DNA of 64,000 bases from a virus. Its lineage: Duplodnaviria > Caudoviricetes. Both the position numbers and the translations under genes were made by a program. Each line of letters opens with the position of its first letter. Position 1 is the first letter of the stretch. The stretch covers positions 34,419 through 98,418 of the IMG/VR virus record IMGVR_UViG_3300043364_000002, one strand, 5' to 3'. The notes under the pieces are model-generated. The model was not told the DNA's origin. It made no database searches and saw only the letters and a program-made list of their open reading frames with translations. This document shows positions 1 to 9,437 of this stretch, one piece after another.

Positions 1-1
1 C

Positions 2-913
2 GCAGCCGAGTACATGCCTGGCGTGCGCGCCGCTCTGAAACTGCCCGAGCTCGCCACGGCCAAGATGTGCAGCGACCACCTCGGCATGCTGCGCGAGCAC
101 TACAACGCAGCCGGCGGCGACATGACCGTCGCGCCGACGGGCGTCAAGCTCGGCGACTACATGATGCCGATGCGCGACATGCTTCGCCCTCCGATGGGCG
201 CATCGTGGGACGACGTGTTCGACCTCATGGAGGACCTCGTCGACCAAGCAATGGATGAGCACTTGATTCGCGACCACGGGCTTTCGCCTGCAGCGGTCGA
301 AGATGACAACGAAACAGCAACCGCTTCCGACGAAACGTTGGACGACGAGGAAATGACCATGAGCGATGCCGCATTGACCGTGCAATTGACCGAAGCCAAG
401 GCGCAGTCGATCGCGCTCACCGACAAGGTGAAGTCGCAAGAGACCGAAGTGGCCAAGCTGACCCTTCAGCTAAAGGACGCCGAAAGCAAGACCTCGGACG
501 CGACCACCAAGATCGCCGAGCTCGAGAAGCAGCTGAAAACGCTGACGGACGAGCGCGACGCGCGCAACGCGAAGCTCATGTCGGACCGCGTCGACGCAGC
601 CTTCGAGACCTACAAGGACTCGAAGAAGCTTACGGACGCGAACAAGAAACAGATGACGCTGACGCTGAAGCAGGACGAAGCTCTCTTCAATGAGCTCTAT
701 CCGACTGTCGACGCGAGCAAGCGGTATCTCTTGCGCGACGTCAGCACGACAGGATCCGATCGCGGCGTCGCGACGACCACAGCGCCGAACGAGATCCCGG
801 ACATGAAGACGCTGACGGACAAGTATGCAAAAGAGCCGGGCGTGACCATCGAGCAGGCCGTCGCGAAGGCATATACGGAAGTCACTGCCCGCATCGGGCG
901 CCACGTCGCCTAA
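2..913 (+). CDS. C-terminal part of Mu gpI-like prohead protease/scaffold (5' truncated by window edge)
   Basis: Frame is open from position 2. Acidic linker then long coiled coil. Lies directly before the decoration and capsid genes. Confidence 0.65.
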   Translation, partial: AAEYMPGVRAALKLPELATAKMCSDHLGMLREHYNAAGGDMTVAPTGVKLGDYMMPMRDMLRPPMGASWDDVFDLMEDLVDQAMDEHLIRDHGLSPAAVEDDNETATASDETLDDEEMTMSDAALTVQLTEAKAQSIALTDKVKSQETEVAKLTLQLKDAESKTSDATTKIAELEKQLKTLTDERDARNAKLMSDRVDAAFETYKDSKKLTDANKKQMTLTLKQDEALFNELYPTVDASKRYLLRDVSTTGSDRGVATTTAPNEIPDMKTLTDKYAKEPGVTIEQAVAKAYTEVTARIGRHVA

Positions 914-1025
914 GTAAACAACTCGACGTTGCCGCATAAGCGACGTCTGTAACTCAAATCTCAACGCGCGGCATCGCCCACGCACTTTCAACCGCTGCGC
1001 ATAGCGGCATTGGAGACCTGTACCC

Positions 1026-1433
1026 ATGGCCCAGATCAATCAACTCGGCGGCATCGCCGTCGCCGGCGGCGACATCCCTGTCAAAAACTACGGCGGTTCC
1101 GACATCGCCGCCGGGCTTGTCGTCAAATACGACACGTCGAACCCTGGCGGCACCAACCTGCCGCGTGGTGTCGTCATTACCAGCAACGACACGTTGGCGA
1201 TGGGCGTCACCGTGACGGTGATCCCGGCTGGCAAAACTGGGCTTGTGCGCACGCTGGGTCAAGCCATCGGCACCGCGTCGGCGACCATCCACGTAGGCCA
1301 AGTGCTGATGAGCGACAGCGCCGGCAAGGTGCTCCCGCAAACAGCAGCAAAAACTCAGATCGGAATTGCCACAAGCGAAGCGCTCAATGGCGACTTCGTG
1401 GCGATCGACATTGCCAGGGCGGCGAACGCCTGA
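1026..1433 (+). CDS. Capsid decoration/cement protein (DUF2190-like)
   Basis: 135 aa, Gly/Ala-rich beta pattern (GVTVTVIPAGKTGLVRTLG...IGIATSEALNGD), position between scaffold and MCP, GGAG RBS. Confidence 0.7.
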   Translation: MAQINQLGGIAVAGGDIPVKNYGGSDIAAGLVVKYDTSNPGGTNLPRGVVITSNDTLAMGVTVTVIPAGKTGLVRTLGQAIGTASATIHVGQVLMSDSAGKVLPQTAAKTQIGIATSEALNGDFVAIDIARAANA

Positions 1434-1849
1434 TGGCGATCGTACTAGACGTAACCCTGCCGTCCGTTAGGGCATCAGTGTCCGGTGTAACACACGGAAC
1501 TAATTCTGCTCTAGCGACTATTCCCGTCGCAACCGCTGTAAGCCCACTTCAAGTCTCTTCTGGCAGGCATTTGTTCGTCGAACTAACGGCGAAGATGGCA
1601 TTCAGCAATGGCGAATCGCAGGTTCAGCACATGTTGTTCGTTGTGTTCGGTGGATCGCCTCCAGTGATTGCCTTCAGCACAGGAGTCAATCAACGGATCA
1701 CAAGCAGCGGCTCTTTGAACTCCAATTCGGAGGTTTCTGTCGCTCTTGACGGCAACAACGACATTGTGCTCACGGCAGAAAATCACGAAGCCTCCAGCGC
1801 CATGGATGCAGTGGTCGACTGTCGGCTGACCTTATTCGGCACATCGTAG
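1433..1849 (+). CDS. Hypothetical beta-rich protein inserted in head operon
   Basis: ATG overlaps the previous TGA (TGATG). Visibly lower GC than its neighbours. Confidence 0.6.
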   Translation: MAIVLDVTLPSVRASVSGVTHGTNSALATIPVATAVSPLQVSSGRHLFVELTAKMAFSNGESQVQHMLFVVFGGSPPVIAFSTGVNQRITSSGSLNSNSEVSVALDGNNDIVLTAENHEASSAMDAVVDCRLTLFGTS

Positions 1850-1949
1850 CCGCAAGTAAAAGCCACAGAAACTCCTAACAACTTCCGAGCCTGCGCGCCG
1901 AAGAGACGCGCCCGCCGAGATTCACCGTCACCGAAAGGTAATAGCGAAC

Positions 1950-3059
1950 ATGAACCCCAATATCGTCAAGGTGCGAGACGCCGACACCGGCCAGCTCATC
2001 ACGCTCGACCTGTACAACAATACTCGCACCATGTCCGACGATTCTGGGCGGACGGTGACTATGGATCTCGGTCAGGCCGACGTCCACATCGACGCCGCGC
2101 TCGCCAACTACGCTGCCGGCTACAAGCAGTGGGAAGGCATCGCCGACGAAGTGGCGCCTCTTGTGCCGGTCGACAAGGCCAGCAACAAGTTCTGGACTTG
2201 GGACAAGGACGACGTCTTCCAAGACGCCGAGGATCTCATCGTCGGCCCAGGCGCCGCCGTGAAAGAGATCAGCCCTCGTCTCAGCTCGTCGAGCTACACG
2301 ACCGTTGCGTACGGCGTCGCGTCGTATGTCTCGACCGAGCTCAGCGCCAACCAAGACGCGCCGCTTAAGGTCGAGCAGGCGGCCATGCGCCGATGCCTCA
2401 ACGCCATCAATCTGGGCCGGGAACGGCGCGTCGCGGCTCTCGTGACCACCAGCGGCAACTGGACTGGCGGTTACACGAGCGCGCTCGCGGCTGGAGCCAA
2501 GTGGAACGGCGGCGCTTCGTCGAACCCGGTGCAGGATCTCTTCACGGCGATTGAAGCTTCGCTGACCCCAGTGCGCACCATCGCGATGAGCGAGCTGGTC
2601 TGGCACGACTTTGTGCAAAACTCAGCGGTGCAAAAATACGTTGCGATGAAGACCGCTGCGCCGCCGCTGCCGAACGCCCGCGCCACCAATCAGGGGCGCA
2701 TCGCAGCTGAAGAGTTCAGCGCGATCCTCGGACTCCCGCCGTTTCTCATCGGTCGCCAAAAGGGCAAGCTTACCTCGACGACCTACGGGTACGTGTGGGG
2801 CAACAACGTTGCTCTGCTCGAGAACGATCCGACGGTGCCTAGCGATGGGCAGACGATTTCAACCGCCAAGACCTTCCGTTGGACCGGCGCCGACTCGGGT
2901 ACGCCAGACGGCACCGTGCAAGGCGGCTTCCTCGTTCGTAGCTACTACGACCCGAAGCGCGGCGCACGCGGCGGTCGCGTCGTGGTTGTTACGCACAACG
3001 ATGCCGAGGTCATGACCTCGGTCGTGGCCGGCGGTTTGATCACCGGCGCACACGCGTAA
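1950..3059 (+). CDS. Major capsid protein (Mu gpT / phage cap E-like)
   Basis: 369 aa, VHIDAALANYAAGY..IADEVAPLVPVDK N-terminal motif, KWNGGASSNPVQD motif, position in operon. Confidence 0.85.
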   Translation: MNPNIVKVRDADTGQLITLDLYNNTRTMSDDSGRTVTMDLGQADVHIDAALANYAAGYKQWEGIADEVAPLVPVDKASNKFWTWDKDDVFQDAEDLIVGPGAAVKEISPRLSSSSYTTVAYGVASYVSTELSANQDAPLKVEQAAMRRCLNAINLGRERRVAALVTTSGNWTGGYTSALAAGAKWNGGASSNPVQDLFTAIEASLTPVRTIAMSELVWHDFVQNSAVQKYVAMKTAAPPLPNARATNQGRIAAEEFSAILGLPPFLIGRQKGKLTSTTYGYVWGNNVALLENDPTVPSDGQTISTAKTFRWTGADSGTPDGTVQGGFLVRSYYDPKRGARGGRVVVVTHNDAEVMTSVVAGGLITGAHA

Positions 3060-3115
3060 AAAAGAAGTTGCCGGCCACGTGCTGGGCGCGTGGCCATTGA
3101 GCTAAAGGAGCCACC

Positions 3116-3418
3116 ATGGCCGATCTCTACGAAGTGATCGTTTACTCCGTCACAGTCGATGCGCGGGGTTTCAACCACGTGGGCGACGCGGCGGACGGTC
3201 GGCACTGGCAAAAGGGAGCTCTCATCGAGATCCCTTCTAGCGTCGACGCTGCTGCGCTCTTGCGGGCTGGGGCCATCAAGCTGAGCAGCCCGAAGGGGCA
3301 GTCCGAGCCGGTTACGGTGCAGCCGCAAGAGCCGCTGGAGTCAACCGCCGAACCTATGCACAAGGCGGCGTCGCACCACCAGAAGCAGTCGTCAACGTCG
3401 GCAGAGTCGAAGAAGTAA
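3116..3418 (+). CDS. Hypothetical head-associated protein
   Basis: Strong AAGGAG RBS, follows MCP. Confidence 0.6.
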   Translation: MADLYEVIVYSVTVDARGFNHVGDAADGRHWQKGALIEIPSSVDAAALLRAGAIKLSSPKGQSEPVTVQPQEPLESTAEPMHKAASHHQKQSSTSAESKK

Positions 3419-3421
3419 GCC

Positions 3422-3922
3422 GTGGCGGCGGCAGCTGGCAGGTACATCGCGGCGGCAGATCTCATCAATCGTCTGACGCCAACGACGTACATCGCCATCT
3501 ACGACGACAGCAGCAACAACGACGTTACCAGCGTCAACGATGCCGCTGTGCAGCTCGACATCGACAGCGCGGAAGGCGAAGTCGATTCGTACCTGATCAC
3601 GGAGCAATCGCTACCGCTGCCAGCACTGGCTGGCGGCAAGATCGATAGGCTCGTCAGATTGGCCGCGATCGACTTTGCCGAGGCGTTAGCGTGGCTTCGG
3701 CACCCTGAATATGTGCGCACGTTTGGCGAGAACAAGCGGTCTGCCGGTATATGGGACCGCGCCAACGCCAGAATGCGGCGCATCAAGAGCGCGATTCAGG
3801 AACTCCCCGACAACGTCAGGGAGAACGGCAAGCCTGGCAACGTGGGCGGCGTCGTTCTCGATACTGACAAGCGAATGATCGTCGCCAACATCGACGGCAC
3901 GTCCAACTCGGGTGACTTTTGA
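3422..3922 (+). CDS. Head-tail connector (Mu gp36/DUF1320-like)
   Basis: YIAAADL...IDSAEGEVDSYL...LPLP motif typical of the family. Confidence 0.8.
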   Translation: MAAAAGRYIAAADLINRLTPTTYIAIYDDSSNNDVTSVNDAAVQLDIDSAEGEVDSYLITEQSLPLPALAGGKIDRLVRLAAIDFAEALAWLRHPEYVRTFGENKRSAGIWDRANARMRRIKSAIQELPDNVRENGKPGNVGGVVLDTDKRMIVANIDGTSNSGDF

Positions 3923-4380
3923 TCCGTCCCGTGCTCATGCGTCCGGCAAAGTTTCTGCGCCGGCGCAGTCGCGAAGTCGAAGATCTGTCAACCATCGGAC
4001 CGCTCGTCATCGATATGACGGACACGCTGCTTGAGCTGAATGGGTCCGGCCTGTCGGCCGTGCAAGTTGGCGCCCCGCTGCGCATCGTCGTTCTGTCGCT
4101 TCTCGGCGGCCGCACGATGACGTTCGTGAACCCTCGCATCCTTGAGTCGAGCGGTTCGCTTCTGGCCGTAGAAACGTGCCTGTCGATTCCTGGGCAGCGC
4201 CACCGAGTAGAGCGGGCGCGCTACCTGAAGGTGGAGCATCTTCGTCCGAGCGGCATCGATGTGCTGGACGTCAAGGATCCAGAGCTCGCGGTCGCGCTGC
4301 AGCACGAGTGCGACCACCTGAATGGGGTCATGACGCTCGACCGGCGCATCGTGAGCGTGCTTGACCCAACTATGAACTGA
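3919..4380 (+). CDS. def: Peptide deformylase
   Basis: Three PDF motifs: GSGLSAVQVG, ETCLS (EGCLS variant), QHECDHLNG. Confidence 0.9.
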   Translation: MIRPVLMRPAKFLRRRSREVEDLSTIGPLVIDMTDTLLELNGSGLSAVQVGAPLRIVVLSLLGGRTMTFVNPRILESSGSLLAVETCLSIPGQRHRVERARYLKVEHLRPSGIDVLDVKDPELAVALQHECDHLNGVMTLDRRIVSVLDPTMN

Positions 4381-4763
4381 TGTTCGATATCGAGATTGAC
4401 ATCAGCGGGCTCGAGGCCGCGTGGGGATCGGGCGTGCAAGCGCTGCATGCGGGCGCTGCGACCGCTGTTGACGTGGCTTGCCGCGAAGGCGCACGCGAAG
4501 CGGTAAACTCGCATCTCTACCAGGATCGCACTGCGCAGCTTACGGCGTCCATTCACGGCGACGAAGGCCTGACGCTGACGGCCGACGGCGCCGAGGGGCA
4601 AATCACGGCCGGCGAAGACTACGCCAGCTACGTCGACGGGTGGGAACGCGGGCAGAGAGAATTTGGCTACATGGATCTGGCACACGACAAGGCCGAAGCC
4701 GTGCTTAGCCGTGAGATGGAATCTGGCATTTCCAGCGCTGAAGCCAAGATCAACAGTCGATAG
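4380..4763 (+). CDS. Tail completion / HK97 gp10-like neck protein
   Basis: DRTAQLTASI and YASYVDG motifs, position in operon. Confidence 0.65.
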   Translation: MFDIEIDISGLEAAWGSGVQALHAGAATAVDVACREGAREAVNSHLYQDRTAQLTASIHGDEGLTLTADGAEGQITAGEDYASYVDGWERGQREFGYMDLAHDKAEAVLSREMESGISSAEAKINSR

Positions 4764-4775
4764 GAGAGGGTTCAC

Positions 4776-5477
4776 ATGGCCGACTCCTTCGGGGCGGAGA
4801 GCATCCCGCTTCAGGCGGCTCTAGCCGGTGAAGAGATTGCCGACCCAGCGGTCTCGAGGCTGGCGAATTACTTCCAGGCAGTCGTCAACGCCCACGCTAC
4901 TGATCGCTGGCAGACCGTCATGCCGAATAGCGTGCCGGTGAAAAATGCTTTTACGCACAACCCTGAAGAGTTGTCGTTCAACGAACGCGATCTGCCTTCG
5001 CTCTGGCTCAACAGAGTTGGCGAGGATGCACTTGAACGACATGCCGAGGACTTCGACCTCGCTCACGTCAACCTTCGACTCTTGTGGGTTTTCCCGCCGG
5101 TGCGGCAGGAGTTTCAAAAGACCCGCGCAACATTCGCGAACGGCATCGCCCACATCTTGGCTCACTGTATCGAGCTAGGTCGAGATCCTTCCTACGTGTT
5201 CCCTGGCGATCCTGACCCAACGGCCGCTGCGCAAGGGAGCGTCATCATGCGAATCGCTGGGCTCTGGGAGCTCAAGTGGAACGGCTACAAATCCGGCCTC
5301 GGTCTGCCCATCAAGACGACGTCGGATACGCGGAACTACTACTGCCTTGACGCAAAGATTGGCATCACCGAACGGCGCGTTCTTGACATCGTCGCCGATT
5401 TCCCGGCCGTGCGCGGCCTCGACCTGACCATCACCACGCCCGACAAGGCGAGAGACCTCGCGGTCGGAAAGCTGTAA
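4776..5477 (+). CDS. Putative tail terminator/neck protein
   Basis: Position before the sheath gene, DLPSLWL motif, AGGAG RBS. Confidence 0.45.
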   Translation: MADSFGAESIPLQAALAGEEIADPAVSRLANYFQAVVNAHATDRWQTVMPNSVPVKNAFTHNPEELSFNERDLPSLWLNRVGEDALERHAEDFDLAHVNLRLLWVFPPVRQEFQKTRATFANGIAHILAHCIELGRDPSYVFPGDPDPTAAAQGSVIMRIAGLWELKWNGYKSGLGLPIKTTSDTRNYYCLDAKIGITERRVLDIVADFPAVRGLDLTITTPDKARDLAVGKL

Positions 5478-5481
5478 GGAC

Positions 5482-6012
5482 ATGGCCAAGAAATTCCTAC
5501 TCGTCTACCCGAACCCGTTCATCGCGCTCGATCACGATGGTTTTCCGGCTGGCGCTTGCCAGTGCGACATGGCCGAGCACGTTGGCATGACGTCGCGTCG
5601 CTGGGTCGGCGCCGAGCTCGACGACAAGGCAACGTTCCTGCTCGAGAAGCTGTCGACGGAAGAGCTTCGTTACCGAGACGCGCGGCAGCAGACGCGGTTC
5701 CGATTCGATTTCAGTGAACCTACCCGCCTACCGGTGACGGAGTACTACCGGGACCGTTTGCGGCACAGCGAGATTCTGTGTGCCGACGAGGCCACGGCCA
5801 AGCTTGCCGGGCTCAAGTTCGTGGCTCCAGCGGAAGCGCTCGCGAAGGCCAAGGCCGACGCTGCAGCGAAGTGGATCGCGATGATGGGCCCAGGGGAGAA
5901 GCCGGACGGTATCGACTTGCTCGACACGGCCATGGCGGCCATCGGCGCTTCGCCAGCGGCAACGCCGCCCACCAAGTTTGAAACTCCCAAGTCCACCAAA
6001 GAGGTGAAGTGA
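5482..6012 (+). CDS. Hypothetical protein
   Basis: Tightly packed ORF with TAAGGA RBS. Confidence 0.6.
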   Translation: MAKKFLLVYPNPFIALDHDGFPAGACQCDMAEHVGMTSRRWVGAELDDKATFLLEKLSTEELRYRDARQQTRFRFDFSEPTRLPVTEYYRDRLRHSEILCADEATAKLAGLKFVAPAEALAKAKADAAAKWIAMMGPGEKPDGIDLLDTAMAAIGASPAATPPTKFETPKSTKEVK

Positions 6013-7565
6013 TGTCCGCGCCCCCAGTGATCATAGCCGGATGGTCCAGCACGTCGAAGGTGCCAGGCGTTACGGCCGAGGTCGTCTACGGCGCCGGCCC
6101 CATCAACGCATCGTCCATCCCGCTCGTGTGCCTGCTGCTCGGTCTCCAGGCATCGACCGGTACGGCTACCGGCAATCAGGACGTCAAGCTCATCACGAAC
6201 GGCGACGACGCGGCCACGTTCTACGGTGGCCAGAGCGAAATCGCCAATATGGCCTACAAGGCGCTCGGCGTCTCTGGCGTTAACCTGTACGGCGCTGGCG
6301 TCATTGAGTCGTCAGGCTCTGGCGTAGCTTCGGCAACGGCCACCATCACGATCACGCTGAGCTCGGGGTCCAACCCGATCGCTCAGGGCACGCTCCAGTA
6401 TTGGATCGGAAGCCGCTACGTGTCGGTGAGTTTCTCGACAACCGACACCGTCACGACGATTGCGGCCTCGATCAAGAACGCCATCAACGCCAACAGCCGT
6501 TGGCCATTTACAGCCACGAACGCGTCCGGCGTCTTGACCATCACGGTCACGCAAAAGGGTCTGCGCGGCAACGATTACATCGTCTTCCAAGACGTCTCGA
6601 AGGCGACCGGTACCAACGTCGTGTCGACGCCGACGGGCGGCACTGCCGTTACGGGAGGCGGGCTCCACTTCACGGCCGGATCCAACGGGGCTACGGCGGA
6701 AGCCATCGCAACCGTTCTCAACGTCCTCTACCCTGGAACGTACGACTTCATCGCGGCGGCGCAGTACGACGTCACGAACGCGGCTCTCTTCTTGGCCCAC
6801 TCGCAGCAGAAGGCTGGGCCGCTCGAGATGCGCCCAACGCGCTTTCTGTTCGGGTTCCAGGATACTTTGGTAGCTGCGACAACGCTGGCGCAGACGACGC
6901 TGAACGATCAGCGGTCAGCTGTCGTGTGGTGCCTCAACTGTGAATCCGTGCCGAGCGAGATCGCGGCTGTTGCCGCGGCCGTGAGGTGCTCGGTGTCGCA
7001 GAATGACCCCGGCGCAAGCTTCGACGGCTACGTGCTGCCCGGCATTGCGCCGCAGCGCGCGAAGGCTGACTTGGCGCAGCGCTCCACGCAAGAGACAGCG
7101 CTTTCTGCTGGCGTCACACCGTGCATCACGGTCGGCAATGCAGTGCAGATCGTGCGCGCGGTCGGGACGCATTCACTAACGGGTGCGACGCCAGACTACC
7201 GCACGCTTGATTGGGCCGACGACTACGTACCGGACTTCATCCGCAAGGACCTGTCGCTCTACTGGCAGACCGAATACGTCATCAGCAACCCGCGGCTCGC
7301 CGACGACCCGGCGCCGGAGCAACGCGATCGCGTGGCTGGCGTCGCTACGCCGACGCGCTGGAACCAGGTCATCACGGGCCGCCTCATGAACTACGAAGCG
7401 CGCGGGCCGGTGGGGCCGTTGCCGATCGTCGTCAACGTTGAGTCGCACCCGCCGACCAGCGGCTACGACTCGATCGCCAAGCGCATCGTGTCGCTCGTGC
7501 CGGTCGAAGTGTTCCCGAGCCAGCACCAGGTTGGCCTCAGCATTCGGCAGCTCGCCATCACCTGA
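6009..7565 (+). CDS. Tail sheath protein (Mu gpL-like)
   Basis: 518 aa, KVPGVTAEV N-terminus, A..FYGGQSEIA.M, KGLRGND and ETALSAGVTP motifs. Confidence 0.88.
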   Translation: MMSAPPVIIAGWSSTSKVPGVTAEVVYGAGPINASSIPLVCLLLGLQASTGTATGNQDVKLITNGDDAATFYGGQSEIANMAYKALGVSGVNLYGAGVIESSGSGVASATATITITLSSGSNPIAQGTLQYWIGSRYVSVSFSTTDTVTTIAASIKNAINANSRWPFTATNASGVLTITVTQKGLRGNDYIVFQDVSKATGTNVVSTPTGGTAVTGGGLHFTAGSNGATAEAIATVLNVLYPGTYDFIAAAQYDVTNAALFLAHSQQKAGPLEMRPTRFLFGFQDTLVAATTLAQTTLNDQRSAVVWCLNCESVPSEIAAVAAAVRCSVSQNDPGASFDGYVLPGIAPQRAKADLAQRSTQETALSAGVTPCITVGNAVQIVRAVGTHSLTGATPDYRTLDWADDYVPDFIRKDLSLYWQTEYVISNPRLADDPAPEQRDRVAGVATPTRWNQVITGRLMNYEARGPVGPLPIVVNVESHPPTSGYDSIAKRIVSLVPVEVFPSQHQVGLSIRQLAIT

Positions 7566-7658
7566 ACGTAGCCGCCTAGCAAACGCATTCGCCGCGTGAC
7601 GGATCGGGGTCCCCGGTCGCTCGCCGCCAATTGAGCTGCATTCCGAGGAGCAAGAAAA

Positions 7659-8033
7659 ATGAGCAAGAGTCTGATCCGACCTGCCCCTGTCTACTATCGT
7701 TCAAAGAAGGTGGCGGAGATCCGCGAGGGCACGTACGAGATCGACTCGAACGACCAGCGCGAGATCGCGGCCGAAGGCTACATTGGCCACACGGACGGCG
7801 CGACCACCAGCAACATCCAGATGACGCTGATCGTGCCTGTGCCGGGGCTGTCGATCCCGATGCTCGCCGACATGCTGCGCAAAGCGTACGTGAAGATCGG
7901 CCTCTTTGAGGACGCGAAGCTTCACAACCTCGAGGGGCGCATCACGAAGATCTCCTACTCGTGGAACCATGAAAAAGGGGAAAATCGCTGCGTCGGTTCC
8001 TTCGAATCCGGCGCCCCCGATCTCGCCGGTTAA
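7659..8033 (+). CDS. Tail tube protein
   Basis: 124 aa beta-rich ORF directly after the sheath gene, GAGGAG RBS. Confidence 0.7.
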   Translation: MSKSLIRPAPVYYRSKKVAEIREGTYEIDSNDQREIAAEGYIGHTDGATTSNIQMTLIVPVPGLSIPMLADMLRKAYVKIGLFEDAKLHNLEGRITKISYSWNHEKGENRCVGSFESGAPDLAG

Positions 8034-8122
8034 GTAGCAACACCGCCGCACCGGACGCCGCAATGCGTCCACTCCGCCGCTGACGGAGACAGCTAACCAC
8101 TGCCACCGTCGCACGGAGTCAC

Positions 8123-8854
8123 ATGCCGCGTTTCTCAGATGTAGCGAAAGGAACAAGGGCCCGTAAGCCCGTCCCGTTTCCTATCGCCAATACCCGTTGC
8201 GACCTGCTCGCCGATCTCCCCGAGCTTGCCGCCCAACGCGCCCGCGATCGCGCGGCGTGGGAGAAGGCCGCCCAGGCAGGGCCGGCACCTTCGGTAGCTT
8301 CAGACGACCAAGTGATGGTCGATCTTCGCGTGCTTACCGGAGCCGAGGAATCCCAAGTCCTCCAAAAAGCCAGAGACTACGCCATCGAGCGCGGGATCGA
8401 ATCGCCAACCAATGGCGAGCCGATCTACGAAATCGCAAAGATGGCGGAGACGCTCGCGTTAGGCGTTATCGACCACGATTCGCCAGAGGCGGAGCCTTGC
8501 CCGTTTTTCGACGGCGGGGCGAAGCAGCTGCTCGACGAGGTCGACGGCGACCGCATTGCCTTTTTGTACGCTCGCTGGGAAATGTGGCAGGGCGAGTGCT
8601 CTCCTCGAATCGGGACACTGTCCGGCGAGCAGTTTTACTCGCAAATGGTAAAGGTGACGGTAGCCGAGGACGATCTCCCTTTTACGCAGATGGAGCCCAT
8701 CACGCGATGGGTCTTCGCTCGTACTTTGGCTGCCCTGTTACTGAACTCACCAGAGGGCAAGTCGCTCTTTACCTCGGCCTTCGGCGGTACGGTGAAGCCA
8801 GAGACCGCGGCGCCGTCACCGCGCAAGTCAGCCGCGCGCTCCAAGAAGCGATGA
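8123..8854 (+). CDS. Putative tail assembly chaperone 1
   Basis: Position between tube and tape measure genes. Confidence 0.55.
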   Translation: MPRFSDVAKGTRARKPVPFPIANTRCDLLADLPELAAQRARDRAAWEKAAQAGPAPSVASDDQVMVDLRVLTGAEESQVLQKARDYAIERGIESPTNGEPIYEIAKMAETLALGVIDHDSPEAEPCPFFDGGAKQLLDEVDGDRIAFLYARWEMWQGECSPRIGTLSGEQFYSQMVKVTVAEDDLPFTQMEPITRWVFARTLAALLLNSPEGKSLFTSAFGGTVKPETAAPSPRKSAARSKKR

Positions 8855-8885
8855 GCACGCGCAAGGCTGAACCGGACTACGACGA

Positions 8886-9434
8886 ATGACCACATTTTCC
8901 AAGCTCAACGATTGCGCCAGGCCAGCGGCTCGCGTGGTCGAGCTCTTGCCGTCGTGCTTCGCTGACGACTGGGACAAGAAGCCGTCCGAAGCGATGCGCG
9001 TTGGCCTCAGGCTCGTCGGCGAGGGCGACATCGAGCGCGCCCGCGCTGCGGCCTATCAGAAGGCCATGGAGATGATTCCGGAGCCTTCGCAAGATCGCGT
9101 CGATCAGTTCAACGACAGCATCATGCGCGGCATCATTGCGCGAGCGACGTGCATGCCGGAGGACGCGCGAGAGCCGTTTTTCCCCATGCCGGAGGACGAC
9201 GTGCAGGCGGCGCTGACGGATGATGCCGTTAAGCTTCTGTGGCACGAGTACGATGTCCTTAAGCTCGAGAGCTGCGGCTACCTGCGCGAAGCGACCGACG
9301 ATGAGCTTACGGAGCTCGCCGCGATGCTGCTGAGTGAGGAGGCGTGGGGCGCGCTCACGGTAGAGAAGTCGAAACGGCTTCGGCGCATCGCGCTGCATGT
9401 GCTGGAGGAGCTCGATACGGAACTGCGCGGGTAG
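8886..9434 (+). CDS. Putative tail assembly chaperone 2
   Basis: Position before TMP, acidic and helical, loosely similar to chaperone 1. Confidence 0.5.
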   Translation: MTTFSKLNDCARPAARVVELLPSCFADDWDKKPSEAMRVGLRLVGEGDIERARAAAYQKAMEMIPEPSQDRVDQFNDSIMRGIIARATCMPEDAREPFFPMPEDDVQAALTDDAVKLLWHEYDVLKLESCGYLREATDDELTELAAMLLSEEAWGALTVEKSKRLRRIALHVLEELDTELRG

Positions 9435-9437
9435 CCA

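Noticed and set aside
1010-1432. N-terminal half of the 279-aa ORF
   Set aside because: Arg-rich off-frame overlap with the decoration gene. The real start is 1433.
2601-2620. Other TGGCAC hits (2601 and several within other coding regions) as sigma54 promoters
   Set aside because: The ones I checked lack GC at the GG-N10 position and lie inside genes.
8123-9434. Programmed frameshift between tail chaperones
   Set aside because: No clear slippery heptamer near the first stop, and the second ORF has its own ATG.
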